64,000 nucleotides of DNA from an uncultured Opitutales bacterium. Its GTDB lineage: Bacteria; Verrucomicrobiota; Verrucomicrobiia; Opitutales; Intestinicryptomonadaceae. The notes under the pieces were generated by a model that was not told the origin of the DNA, did not search any database, and saw only the letters and a list, made by a program, of their open reading frames with translations. Below, piece by piece: positions 8,962 through 19,260 of this stretch (its first letter is position 1; each line of letters opens with the position of its first letter). Position numbers and translations under genes: made by a program. The stretch spans positions 10,328 through 74,327 of the forward strand of contig CALXLM010000020.1 of assembly GCA_944389195.1 (NCBI GenBank), given 5' to 3'.

Positions 8962-11406
8962 ATGAACGAACAAAAAAATTTTTCCCGAATAAAAACGGAA
9001 GCTGCAGAGGCCGCCATAACCGGCATAGGAATCATATCTCCCATAGGCTGCAATCCCGACGCCGTCTTGCGCTCGCTCAGAAGCAAAAAAGACGGCATAA
9101 GAAAAGCCACAAAAATAGATACCTCAAAATTCTTGTCCCAACTATGCGGAGAGGTTGCGGATTTCGACTGCTCTTCAAACATGACACCCGAAGAGCTTGA
9201 TACATTTTCTGATCCGTACATTAGACTGGCATTAAACGCCGCCCGCATGGCGGCAAAAGACGCCGGACTGGCCGCCTTCCCGGAAAAAACGGCTATGGTT
9301 CTGGCGACATGCAACGGAGGGCTCAACTCCGGAGAGGCGGAATATGTAAGGGAATATATAAACCCGAACGCCGTTTTCGACGTTTCCACCCTTGCGCAAT
9401 ACGAATACTACGCGCTGTGCAAAGCGGCGGCAAACGCAATGAAAATAGGAGGCGAATGCTGGATGGTAAACACGGCGTGCTCCGGCTCGACCGCGGCGAT
9501 AGGGCTTGCCGAATCGCTCATAGGGTCGGGGAAAGCCGACTGCGTTCTCGTGGGTGGCGCCGACGCGGTGGCACTGTCGAACTTCGCTGGTTTCAACGCG
9601 ATTAAAGTTTTGTCCCCCGAAAAAATCGCCCCGTTCTCTATGCCCGTAGGAATGAACATCGGCGAGGGCGCGGCTTTTTGGATTCTGGAAAGCCGCAAGC
9701 ATGCGGAATCAAGAGGCGCAAAAATATACGGCAAAGTAATCGGGCACGCCACGACAGGAGACGCCCACCACCCCACCCAGCCGGACCCGAGAGGCGACGG
9801 GGCTTTCAGAACCATGCGCAACGCCGCCGCAAACGCAGGAGTATCAGTCGAACAAATAGGATGCATCAATGCCCACGGTTCCGGCACGGCCGCAAACGAC
9901 AAAGCCGAATCAAAGGGAATAACAAAATTTCTGGCCGGAACGGCAGTTCCGGCAACCTCAACAAAATCGTACACCGGCCATTGCATGGGCGCAACCGGCA
10001 TAATAGAGGCCACATGCCAGCTGCTGTCAATGAACGACGGTTTTATTCCGCCGACACTGCGCTATTCCGGTCCGCGCCCGGGATGCGAAACCGAAGTGGC
10101 AAGCGGAGACGGAATAGAAAAAAAATACGACTGTTTTTTGTCGGCAAACTACGCCTTCGCAGGCAACAATGCGGCCATAATAGTCGCAAAAGACGCGTTT
10201 TCAAATTATGACAGGCCCCATTCGCGGACAGATATCCGCCCGGCAATAAGCGGGTGTTCCGCAATTTCACCGCTCGGCATAAATATGGAGGAAAACTTGG
10301 CTGCGCTATTGAAGGGAGCATCGGGAATATCAAAAATTACTCGTTTCCCGTCAGACAGAAGCGCGGGCATGGTTTCTATTCCCAATTTGCGCTCCCTCGA
10401 CAGGCGCATAGACTTCGGCGGAATGAACCTGATTAGCACTTATGCGACAATCGCTGCAAAAGGCGCGCTCGACTCCGCGCTGCTTCAGGTAAGAAGAGGC
10501 AACTGCGAAGACGTCGGACTTGCCGTATCCACATGCAGGGGCTCTTCCGAAAGCGCCCACATGGAAGCCGTATTTTCAACCGCCGACATGCGCGGAGACA
10601 TAGGATGTTTCTCAAACTCGACCGCAAACTCAACCGCCGGCTGGGTCTCGAAAGCCCTCGAAATTAAGGGAGCCAATATAACGCTCACGTCCGGGCCCAA
10701 CTCAGGCCTGCAAACTATCGGATACGCCGCCAGACTCATACGCGAAGGCGCCGCAAAAAGCGTCGTGGCAGTAGCCGCCGACGAACTCTACAAACGGGAA
10801 ATGGACGCTTACGAAAAGTTCGGGCTTTTGCACGAGGGAAAAAACGAGGAAAACTTCAGGCTCGACTATTCGTCCTACGGGAAAAGCGTGCTCGGCGAAG
10901 GAGCTGCGGCGGCGGTCGTCGAGGATATCTCTGAGGCGAAGCTCCGTGGGGCGAAAATCCTCGGGGAAATTTTGGCATATTCGTCGGCTTCAAGCATGTG
11001 CGGATTCAACGAACCAAATCTCGAATGCGGCGCACTACTTCGCGCCTCGGAAAACGCGCTCTCAGAGGCGGGCGTAAGCACAAAAGATATTGAGCTTATT
11101 CTGTGGAGCCCGCGGGGTTGCGCCCAAGACTCCACGGCAATATTCGCGCGCGACAAAATGTTTCCCGGAACGCCCATGGTGGCGACTTCACTAAACACGG
11201 GATACCTCGAAACGGCATCTTCAATGCACGTTTTGGCGTGCGCCCTCAGCGCCCTCGCAGACGGGAAAACCCTATGGTGTCAAAAAACCGGAGTCCGCGC
11301 TTTGGACGCAACGCCTTTGCCGGGCAATCCAAAGCTTATTTTGTGCCTCGCATCAAGCAACGCCGGAAACAACTACGCCCTTCTGGTTGGAAGAGGCTCC
11401 ATGTAA
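8962..11406 (+). CDS. Beta-ketoacyl synthase (FabF-like) fused to a full-length inactive KS/CLF domain
   Basis: First domain NTACSGS / NAHGSGT / GHCMGA; second domain repeats the fold (AISGCSAISPLG) but the Cys and His positions are lost (LTSGPNSG, WSPRG, NTGYLE). Confidence 0.88.
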   Translation: MNEQKNFSRIKTEAAEAAITGIGIISPIGCNPDAVLRSLRSKKDGIRKATKIDTSKFLSQLCGEVADFDCSSNMTPEELDTFSDPYIRLALNAARMAAKDAGLAAFPEKTAMVLATCNGGLNSGEAEYVREYINPNAVFDVSTLAQYEYYALCKAAANAMKIGGECWMVNTACSGSTAAIGLAESLIGSGKADCVLVGGADAVALSNFAGFNAIKVLSPEKIAPFSMPVGMNIGEGAAFWILESRKHAESRGAKIYGKVIGHATTGDAHHPTQPDPRGDGAFRTMRNAAANAGVSVEQIGCINAHGSGTAANDKAESKGITKFLAGTAVPATSTKSYTGHCMGATGIIEATCQLLSMNDGFIPPTLRYSGPRPGCETEVASGDGIEKKYDCFLSANYAFAGNNAAIIVAKDAFSNYDRPHSRTDIRPAISGCSAISPLGINMEENLAALLKGASGISKITRFPSDRSAGMVSIPNLRSLDRRIDFGGMNLISTYATIAAKGALDSALLQVRRGNCEDVGLAVSTCRGSSESAHMEAVFSTADMRGDIGCFSNSTANSTAGWVSKALEIKGANITLTSGPNSGLQTIGYAARLIREGAAKSVVAVAADELYKREMDAYEKFGLLHEGKNEENFRLDYSSYGKSVLGEGAAAAVVEDISEAKLRGAKILGEILAYSSASSMCGFNEPNLECGALLRASENALSEAGVSTKDIELILWSPRGCAQDSTAIFARDKMFPGTPMVATSLNTGYLETASSMHVLACALSALADGKTLWCQKTGVRALDATPLPGNPKLILCLASSNAGNNYALLVGRGSM

Positions 11407-11571
11407 AACGGAGCCGACACCGGCATGGAAAAGCCGCGCAAAGACAGCCGGGCTCCCTAAACCCGCGCGTTCCGTCGCACTGCTCCCCCGCAACGCTCCG
11501 CGCTTTGCCGAAGCTAAACTTCACGCCTTCCGCAACGCCAATCCGCAAATCCGAAAAGCGGCGCATTACGG

Positions 11572-11599
11572 TTTTTCCTCCGGCATTTTTCCTCCGGCA
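11572..11599. repeat. Perfect 14-bp tandem repeat (tttttcctccggca x2)
   Basis: Seen directly in the intergenic region upstream of the glycosidase gene. Confidence 0.8.
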
Positions 11600-11650
11600 G
11601 CGACATGCCGGGCCGCCGACTATGGCGTCTGACATAAAAAAACATTCGGA

Positions 11651-11678
11651 TTGACAACGGCACGTCTGGTCATACATT
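11651..11678 (+). promoter_or_regulatory. Putative sigma70 promoter
   Basis: TTGACA-16 nt-TACATT, 12 nt upstream of ATG 11691. Confidence 0.45.
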
Positions 11679-11690
11679 GAATCAACGTTT

Positions 11691-13853
11691 ATGCAATCGA
11701 TTCAATTTAAATGTGTCCTCGCCGCCGTTTGCCTTTTTACGGTTTCCTCACATGCTGAAATAGACAGAAAAGCGCTTGCCGAGCGCCATAATGTCAACAT
11801 TTCAAAAACCGACCAAAATTCCCCGGCGCAAGTAGGAAACGGCGAATTTGCATTTAATTTCGACATAACCGGTTTGCAAACATTTGTGCCTTTCAATACG
11901 CTATCGCGTTGGGCGTGGCATTCGTCGCCAATGCCGCCGTTTATGAAGTCCACCGACGACTTTATGGGAACGCCTTTTAAAGTAAAAGGTAAAACGGTTT
12001 ATCTTTCCACGCCGATTGTGCCGAATATAAATATCGCCGAATGGAGGCGCGATTTCCCAGACTTTAAATTCACAAAAGAACAGGCCGAAATCGCAAAATG
12101 GATGGCAAAAAACCCGCATTCTCTAAACCTCGGAAGGATAGGATTCGAAATGTTTGCCGAAGACGGTTCTCCAGCGAAAGAGTCGGACATAACCGACCCG
12201 CAACAAACGCTTAACATATACACCGGAATCGCCGAAAGCAGCTTCTCTTTTAAAAAAGAAAAAGTTTCGGTCACCACCCTTTGCCGGCAGTCAGACGACA
12301 CCGTCGCGTTCGAAATATCGTCTCCGCTTCTAAAAAGCGGAAAGCTAAAAGTGTTTTTCGAATTTCCGTATGCCGACGACAGTTATATGGCGTTTTTTGT
12401 CGGCAAGTGGGATATGCCGAAAGCCCATTCGTCCAAACTTTCCCTCTCTGAAAACAGCGCGCTTATAGAGCGCACATTGGACGGCGACAAATACTTCGCC
12501 CTTATAAAATGGGAGGGGGAAGCGGAATTTTCCGGAGACGAAAACAACGCGCACAAATTCAGGCTTGCGCCAAAATGCGATAGCATCCGCCTTTTCGTAA
12601 ACTTCTCAAAAGAAAAACCCGCTGCAAAAAACTTTTCCTTCGAAGAATCGCTAAGGCAAAGCCGGAACGCATGGGAGAAATACTGGCTGGAAGGGGCGGC
12701 TATCGACTTCGGCCAAACAGCCGATCCGCGCGCGGCGGAACTTGAAAGGCGAATGGTTTTGTCGCAATACCTGATGCGCATAAACGCGGGAGGGTCGCTT
12801 CCGCCGCAGGAAAGCGGGCTGCTGTCGAACAGCTGGTACGGGAAATTTCACTACGAAATGATATGGTGGCATACCGCGCATTTCGTGCTCTGGGGGAAAG
12901 GCGACATCGCCCAAAGACAGTGGAAAATCTTTAGCGACAGGCTTGAAGAAGCCAAGGCGCGCGCAAAACGCGAGGGATACAAGGGCGCAAAATGGGACAA
13001 ATCGAGCGGAAATATGCCTTTTGAATGGCCACATATAATCCACGCCACGCTTTTGTGGCAACAGCCGCATCCGATATATTTCGCGGAACTCGAATACAGG
13101 AGAAATCCGTCCGAATCGGTGTTGAAAAAATGGAGCAGCATAGTTTTTGAAACGGCGGATTTTCTGGCTTCTTATCCGTGTTTCAACGGGCAAAAAAAAC
13201 GCTACGAGCTTCTGCCTCCAATGACGCTGGTTTCCGAAAACACCAATCAACTTCACACTAAAAATCCGACCTTTGAATTGGCGTATTGGCGCTACGGCTT
13301 GCGTACCGCCCTTAAATGGAAGGAACGCCTCGGGTTGGAAAAGCCGAAAGAATGGTTGGATGTCCTTGAAAACCTGGCCCCGGCGCCCGTCGAGAACGGC
13401 GTGTATGTCACATATGAAGGCATACCCCAAATGTGGACTAAATATAATTTCGAACACCCCGCGCTTATCGGCGTTTACGGCATGCTTCCGGGTGACGGCA
13501 TAAATGTGGAAACAGCAAAAGCCACGCTCTCGAAAGTGAAAAAGCTTTGGAATTTCGACCGCATATGGGGTTGGGATTTCCCCATGATGGCCATGTCCGC
13601 AGCGCGCCTGGGAGACCGCGAATTGGCGGTCGATATGCTTTTGCATAAATCTAAAAATTTCAGATTTTCCGCGCACGGCGTCGCGAGTGGCGGCCCGTGT
13701 CCGTATTTCCCGTCAAACGGGGGGCTTCTCGCCGCTCTGGCCATGATGGCCGGCGGCTGGGACGGCGCCAACGAGGAAACTTTCGACGCAGAAAGCCTCG
13801 CATTTCCCAAAGAATGGAAAGTCAAAGCCGAAGGCTTTATACCCTACGAATAG
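11691..13853 (+). CDS. Secreted six-hairpin glycoside hydrolase (GH65/GH95-like)
   Basis: Signal peptide; IDRKAL..RHN, VGNGEFAFNFDITGLQT, WYGKFHYEM..WH, WGWDFP, FPSNGGLL motifs. Confidence 0.7.
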   Translation: MQSIQFKCVLAAVCLFTVSSHAEIDRKALAERHNVNISKTDQNSPAQVGNGEFAFNFDITGLQTFVPFNTLSRWAWHSSPMPPFMKSTDDFMGTPFKVKGKTVYLSTPIVPNINIAEWRRDFPDFKFTKEQAEIAKWMAKNPHSLNLGRIGFEMFAEDGSPAKESDITDPQQTLNIYTGIAESSFSFKKEKVSVTTLCRQSDDTVAFEISSPLLKSGKLKVFFEFPYADDSYMAFFVGKWDMPKAHSSKLSLSENSALIERTLDGDKYFALIKWEGEAEFSGDENNAHKFRLAPKCDSIRLFVNFSKEKPAAKNFSFEESLRQSRNAWEKYWLEGAAIDFGQTADPRAAELERRMVLSQYLMRINAGGSLPPQESGLLSNSWYGKFHYEMIWWHTAHFVLWGKGDIAQRQWKIFSDRLEEAKARAKREGYKGAKWDKSSGNMPFEWPHIIHATLLWQQPHPIYFAELEYRRNPSESVLKKWSSIVFETADFLASYPCFNGQKKRYELLPPMTLVSENTNQLHTKNPTFELAYWRYGLRTALKWKERLGLEKPKEWLDVLENLAPAPVENGVYVTYEGIPQMWTKYNFEHPALIGVYGMLPGDGINVETAKATLSKVKKLWNFDRIWGWDFPMMAMSAARLGDRELAVDMLLHKSKNFRFSAHGVASGGPCPYFPSNGGLLAALAMMAGGWDGANEETFDAESLAFPKEWKVKAEGFIPYE

Positions 13854-13856
13854 GCG

Positions 13857-14594
13857 TCAATTCGCAGGCAGCAAGGGAGCCTTGAAATTGTTTGTCACTT
13901 CCTCAGGCGGAATAAAATCCACGCCCGCGGAAACAAATTTAAAGCGCCCCTTAGAATCTACGATGAAATAGACAAGTTCGCAATTCCAAACCTCAAAGTT
14001 CTCAAACTTTACGCCGTTTCCGCTATTCGACATCCAAGCGGCCAAAGCAAGCACTACTGCTTTGTGCGTGACAATAAACACGTCACCTTTCGTATCCCTT
14101 AAAATGCGCTCTAACGCGTCCGCTGCGCGCCGCGATAGGGCTTCTCCGTAATTGTCTCCCGCCACCCACGAAGGCTTTAGAACAGGATTAGGCGATATCA
14201 TGCTCGGAAACATTCCCTCAAGTTCTCTCTGGCTTCTGCCTTCAACGTTGGGAGTGCCGTGGATATGCGTGCGTTCCTGAAAAGCCGGTTCAAGTTTTAT
14301 TTTCAAACCGAGAAGTTCTGCCGTTTGTGCCGCCGTTTCAACTGTCCTCAAATAAGGCGAAGCGTAAATGCCGCCGTCAAAACCGACAGACTTGATGCGC
14401 TCCGCCAGATGTTTTGCCTGCAACACACCAAGCCGGGTGAGCGCCGGATCTCCCCCGCTCGGGCGCTGTCCGTGACGCGCTACAAAAACGCGGCGGAAAC
14501 CGCCGTCATCTACGCCAGAAGCAAACGCCCCCGCATCGAGCAAGAACGATAACGAAAACAAGAAAACAAATATGTGTCTTTTAAAAAATAGCAT
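13857..14594 (-). CDS. Histidine phosphatase family protein
   Basis: ARHG, ASPYLRTVETA and IVTH motifs; N-terminal signal peptide. Confidence 0.9.
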   Translation of the reverse strand: MLFFKRHIFVFLFSLSFLLDAGAFASGVDDGGFRRVFVARHGQRPSGGDPALTRLGVLQAKHLAERIKSVGFDGGIYASPYLRTVETAAQTAELLGLKIKLEPAFQERTHIHGTPNVEGRSQRELEGMFPSMISPNPVLKPSWVAGDNYGEALSRRAADALERILRDTKGDVFIVTHKAVVLALAAWMSNSGNGVKFENFEVWNCELVYFIVDSKGRFKFVSAGVDFIPPEEVTNNFKAPLLPAN

Positions 14595-14702
14595 GTCTAT
14601 AAATCGTAAAATAAAACGAAAATATAATTATGCTCGACAACACCTAAATTCAATACTAACCTTTCCGCGTTAACAATTAATATAAACACCACAAATAAAC
14701 AC

Positions 14703-17498
14703 ATGAGAAAAACACCGATTATAGCGGCGCTGTTTGCACTTTGCAGCGCCTATGCTGATGTAATATCGATAAGGGAAGCAGCGAATTTCGGATTGGCCGA
14801 CAACGGAATCGCGGGAGACGGCAAGGGGGGGTTTACCGACGACGGCGTAAATCTCCCCGACATCGCCTATAAAGACGGCATAAACACTGTTTACGGGGAA
14901 AAATTCGATCTTATCGACCCGCAAAAAAACGGCGGGCGGGCCGTGCTTACGTTCGAATGCAAAAAGTCGAAAACCGGTTTGCGCGAAGTCACGCTCGACC
15001 TCTCCGGCAAGAAAATTAAGGGTGAGTCTCTGAACCTTCTGCACACATCGACAAAATCGCCCGACCTCAGATATACAAAAATAGGCAAAATAGAAATAAA
15101 CTACGCCGACGGCAAAAGAAAAACAATCGTACTGGACTACGCGATCGACGTAATGAACGGCCTCTACCCGCAAGAAAGGGCTAACGCAAAAATATGGTCC
15201 CCATCAAAAAAGTTCGCTCCGGCGTATTTCTTTAGCAGGTTCATGATAGAGCCGAAAGAAATCAAAAGCATTAAGCTTTCCACAATGGACATCGCAACTT
15301 GGGTGGTCGCAGGCCTGTCGGTTTCCGAGAAATTCCCGTCGTCAAAGCCGTCTCCCGCAGACTGGGTGGAGGTAGATATAGACGACATTGCCATAAAAGA
15401 GGGTACGGCTTTGGACGTATCGAAAGATTTCGACTCCGACCCCGCCGGAAAATATGGAAGGGTGATAGTGTCAAAGAACGGCAAATTCGCATTTGAGAAA
15501 AAGCCGAATTCAAGACAGAAATTCCACGGCACTGTTTGGTACATGTCAGGAGAACTCGGAAAGACAATCGACGAAACTAAAGCAAACCTGAGGCTTTTGT
15601 GCAAAATCGCCAAGCGCCAGGGATACAACCTCCTAAGGTTCCACACCACCGATTTCCTTTGTTCTCCCGACCCCGCAAAAGTACTGGAGGGATTCGACCT
15701 TTACGACTACCTAATATCGGAAGCGCAAAAGAACGGCATTTACCTCAACCTATTGATAGGAAACAACGTGTTCCTAAACAAGCCCAACGCGATGGACGAA
15801 CGCTACGCCCTTAAGCTGAAAATGATAATGGGCGACGAAAAAACGCGCCAAACCTGGAAAAACCACGCAAAGAAACAGCTCGAACACATAAACCCGTACA
15901 CGGGCCTGGCATGGAAAGACGATCCCACTTTCATGGGAATGGAATTCTGGAACGAAATGGATCTTTTTATGTACGTTTCAAATGTAGATGTAAAAACAAT
16001 CGATTTTGTAAACTCCGAATTTTCAAAATATCTGAAAGAAAAATACGGCACCGTCGAAAATCTAAATTCCTCCGGGAAACTTAACAACAAAAACTACAAA
16101 GATTTCGGAGAAATAGATTTTATAAAAGAGCGAATGTCTTCCGAATGGGCTAATTTGCTTCAGAAGAAGAATCGTGAATTCCGCGAATACTGCGAAAGCA
16201 CCGTAAAAGACGAAATAGGATACAAGGGGTTGATATACCAATTCAACTGCAACCGCACGGTGAACATCGCCTATATGAGCGCCGAAATTGCCGACTACAT
16301 GGCTCTCAACGTATATTTTTCGCACCCCTCGGCCTTTATGAGGGAAAATTCCACCATTGTAAAGGGGAGTTCCCTTGCCGAACTTGCGCCCCATATGCGA
16401 GCCGGCATGAACCGAAAAGTATCGGGCCGACCGATATGCCTCACAGAATACAACCACTGCCATTGGAATAAGTTTAAACATGAAGGCGGCATAGTGTTCG
16501 GCGCATATTCGGCCCTTCAAGATTTCGACGGCATGGTGGTGCACTCGGACGGCGTCACCACGGGCAATAAGAAAAACAAATTCCTGCATCCTTTCGGAGT
16601 GTTCAATTCGCCCATATTCCGCGCGAACGAATTTATAACTTATTGCATGTTTAAGAGGGGCGACGTTAAAAAATCGAAAAGCCGCATCGAACTGTTCTTT
16701 CCAAAAGACTTTATTGAAAACAGCCCCGACATGATGAACTCGATTAACAACGACCAGTCTAAAATAGCGCTAATATCGGGCTTCTCCACCGCTTTTGAAG
16801 GCATGGCCAAACCAAGCGCGCTAAAAAGGGTCAAAATTAAAAAACCTACCCTTAGAATACTTCCCGTCGGTAGCGCGCTGACCGAATCGGCGCAAAACTT
16901 CTCCACAACTGGAGAAAATGTAGGTGACAAATTCGACCTCGACGCATTCGTGCAAAAGATGCGCTCCGAAGGCATCATAGGCAACGAGAATATCACCTCC
17001 CCTTCAGCCGGAATCTTCCAGTCAGATACGGGAGAAATATTTCTCGACTCCAAAAATGAGAGGATATCAGTAATAACTGAAAAAACCGAAGCAGTCGCAT
17101 TCAAACGCGGAATTGAAAAACTCGACGCGCTCAAGTCTGTGGCCTCCACAACTCCCTGTTCCGTGGCGGTATGCTCCATGGACGGCAACCCTATACGCAA
17201 AAGCAAAAGAATGGTGCTCGTCTACGCCACAGACAATATCAACGACAGCATGTGGCTTTCAAAAGACGAAACCATGCTGCTTAAAAACGCGGACAGAAAC
17301 GCCAAGATTCTTATCAGGCGCGGCAAACTGTCGGCTGAGCTCCAAGTAAATCCGGACGCCAAATTCAAGGTTTACGAGCTGAAATTCAACGGCGAGCGCA
17401 AGGCGGAAATACCTGCGGAAAACAAGAACGGAACCCTCGAAATAAAAATAGACAATTCGAAGAATCCGGCAACGTTCTTTGAAATAGCGGCAGAATAA
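14703..17498 (+). CDS. Secreted clan GH-A (GH5/GH42-like) glycoside hydrolase with N-terminal accessory module
   Basis: Signal peptide; LLRFH, NPYTGLAWKDDP, EFWNE (acid/base), LTEYNH (nucleophile), AYSALQDFDG. Confidence 0.7.
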   Translation: MRKTPIIAALFALCSAYADVISIREAANFGLADNGIAGDGKGGFTDDGVNLPDIAYKDGINTVYGEKFDLIDPQKNGGRAVLTFECKKSKTGLREVTLDLSGKKIKGESLNLLHTSTKSPDLRYTKIGKIEINYADGKRKTIVLDYAIDVMNGLYPQERANAKIWSPSKKFAPAYFFSRFMIEPKEIKSIKLSTMDIATWVVAGLSVSEKFPSSKPSPADWVEVDIDDIAIKEGTALDVSKDFDSDPAGKYGRVIVSKNGKFAFEKKPNSRQKFHGTVWYMSGELGKTIDETKANLRLLCKIAKRQGYNLLRFHTTDFLCSPDPAKVLEGFDLYDYLISEAQKNGIYLNLLIGNNVFLNKPNAMDERYALKLKMIMGDEKTRQTWKNHAKKQLEHINPYTGLAWKDDPTFMGMEFWNEMDLFMYVSNVDVKTIDFVNSEFSKYLKEKYGTVENLNSSGKLNNKNYKDFGEIDFIKERMSSEWANLLQKKNREFREYCESTVKDEIGYKGLIYQFNCNRTVNIAYMSAEIADYMALNVYFSHPSAFMRENSTIVKGSSLAELAPHMRAGMNRKVSGRPICLTEYNHCHWNKFKHEGGIVFGAYSALQDFDGMVVHSDGVTTGNKKNKFLHPFGVFNSPIFRANEFITYCMFKRGDVKKSKSRIELFFPKDFIENSPDMMNSINNDQSKIALISGFSTAFEGMAKPSALKRVKIKKPTLRILPVGSALTESAQNFSTTGENVGDKFDLDAFVQKMRSEGIIGNENITSPSAGIFQSDTGEIFLDSKNERISVITEKTEAVAFKRGIEKLDALKSVASTTPCSVAVCSMDGNPIRKSKRMVLVYATDNINDSMWLSKDETMLLKNADRNAKILIRRGKLSAELQVNPDAKFKVYELKFNGERKAEIPAENKNGTLEIKIDNSKNPATFFEIAAE

Positions 17499-17508
17499 TC
17501 TAATCTCC

Positions 17509-17556
17509 GACCAGCAAAAAAGCCGCCCGCATGCATGGGCGGCTTTTTTGCTGGTC
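17509..17556. terminator. Bidirectional rho-independent terminator
   Basis: gaccagcaaaaaagccgccc...gggcggcttttttgctggtc inverted repeat between convergent genes. Confidence 0.9.
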
Positions 17557-17594
17557 GCGTTTCGGCAACATAGCCGCCGCAAAGCTCCGCAGCG

Positions 17595-18317
17595 CTAAAA
17601 CCTAAGCTGATACGCCTCCAGCAAAAGCCCCCTAAGTTCTTTTTCAGTCAGCCATACGGGGCTCTTTGCAACCCCCATAACGCGATATTCGTCAGTCTTC
17701 TTATTGTATCCGGTAATGAGAGCCCTCGTATATACGTTTCCTTTCGGAAGCCTCTTTACCTCAGATTTTCTCAAATCCTTTTTCCATGCCTCCGCATTGT
17801 TTGTTTCCTCCCTTTTCTTTGTGCGCTCAAAGAACACCTTTTCATAGATTGGATCAGCCAAAATCCACGCTATCAACGGAACGCCGTCGTCGATTTTCTG
17901 TATGACGTTAGACCCTGACACGGAAACCTTTTGGAGCTGCATGTTATTTCTGCCGAGATATTTGCTTATTCCTGCCATTACAAATTTTATAGGAACTTTC
18001 CCGCTTTTGCCCCCCGTCTCCTTTGCAATTGATTTGTTAAGCGCCTCAAAATCTATGTCCGGATCGACGTATGTCAGAAAAACGAGAAGCGCCCCGCTGA
18101 TATTTTCATTGTCCTTTAATTTTGAAAAATCCGCCTCCGGAAATTCCTTTAAATACACGTCTCCGTTTGAAGCAGTTTCAACATTCTTCTTAAACTTTTC
18201 CTTAAGCGCGGCTTTTGCCGCCGCGCCCGACTTGGCGTCTGATGCTGGATAGGCGCTGTTTAACGCACAAAACATTAATGAGGATACTACCGTTGCCAAT
18301 ATTAATAGTTTTTTCAT
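17595..18317 (-). CDS. Secreted hypothetical protein, possibly degenerate C39/papain-like fold
   Basis: Signal peptide; IDDGVPLIAW...RALITGYNKKTDE resembles C39-like segments but lacks the His. Confidence 0.5.
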   Translation of the reverse strand: MKKLLILATVVSSLMFCALNSAYPASDAKSGAAAKAALKEKFKKNVETASNGDVYLKEFPEADFSKLKDNENISGALLVFLTYVDPDIDFEALNKSIAKETGGKSGKVPIKFVMAGISKYLGRNNMQLQKVSVSGSNVIQKIDDGVPLIAWILADPIYEKVFFERTKKREETNNAEAWKKDLRKSEVKRLPKGNVYTRALITGYNKKTDEYRVMGVAKSPVWLTEKELRGLLLEAYQLRF

Positions 18318-18395
18318 AAAGCTTACCTGTTAAACGTTCTCTTTTTACGAAGAAAACATTTTTTATATTCAAAGTCAAACAAAATGCATAATGGC

Positions 18396-19259
18396 TTATT
18401 TGTTCGCGCAAAATTCCCGCATAAGCCGAAGCGCTTCAGCTACGCGGACAGACGGCACTATGACGTATCCGCGCGGCACAAAACACAGTCTTCCGTTTTT
18501 TACTGCCGGAGTTGTCCTCCAAATCGGATCCGTTTTGTAAAAGAGCTCGAGCCTCTCGCGCCCTTTGGAATCCTTGAACTCTATGAAAAGTATCTCAGGC
18601 CGCGCCGACAAAACGAACTCTTTCGAAACCTCCGCCCACGGGCGCCCGATTTTATCGGCGCAGTTGACCAAGCCGCACGCCTCGACCAACCCTCCCGCGA
18701 AAGACCCCCTGCCCGCCGCCATCTTTCCGAACATAAACATCGCCCTGCGTCCAGCCCCAGCAGGGAACGGAGAATCCACAAGCTTTTCGAATTCCAACGC
18801 TACTTTTTCGGCATCGTCCCTTTTATCGAAAAGCCTCCCGAGCAGGCGTATGTCGGCGGATATTTTATCGATTCCCTCGCCGTTTAATATGAAGCATCTG
18901 ACGCCCAAATCCTCAAGCCGCCGCTCGAGGCGCGGATCGGAAGTTGACGGAAGGATAAAAACATCAGGATTAAGCGAAACTATTTTCTCGTAGTCCGGGT
19001 CTATGTACCCGCCGAGCTTTATTTTTTTACGGGCCTCGGGCGGATAGGTGCAGAAACGGGAATTCGCCACAAGCAAGTCTCCCGCACCTATGGCGTATAT
19101 GTTTTGCGTCACCGCCGGAACTATCGTCGCGCAAACCGGAGGCTTTGAAAACTCAAAAACGCGCCCGCGAGCGTCCTTTACGCTGTAAGCCCACGCGCAT
19201 GCGCAAAGCATAAAAGGCGCAAAAAGCGCGGGAAAACTTAATCTAAAAAAACGCCCCAT
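18396..19259 (-). CDS. Helical-backbone ABC substrate-binding protein (BtuF/cobalamin-iron type)
   Basis: VKDARGR, PAVTQNIYAIGAG, CTYPPEA, PDYEKIVSLNPD motifs. Confidence 0.85.
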   Translation of the reverse strand: MGRFFRLSFPALFAPFMLCACAWAYSVKDARGRVFEFSKPPVCATIVPAVTQNIYAIGAGDLLVANSRFCTYPPEARKKIKLGGYIDPDYEKIVSLNPDVFILPSTSDPRLERRLEDLGVRCFILNGEGIDKISADIRLLGRLFDKRDDAEKVALEFEKLVDSPFPAGAGRRAMFMFGKMAAGRGSFAGGLVEACGLVNCADKIGRPWAEVSKEFVLSARPEILFIEFKDSKGRERLELFYKTDPIWRTTPAVKNGRLCFVPRGYVIVPSVRVAEALRLMREFCANK

Positions 19260-19260
19260 G

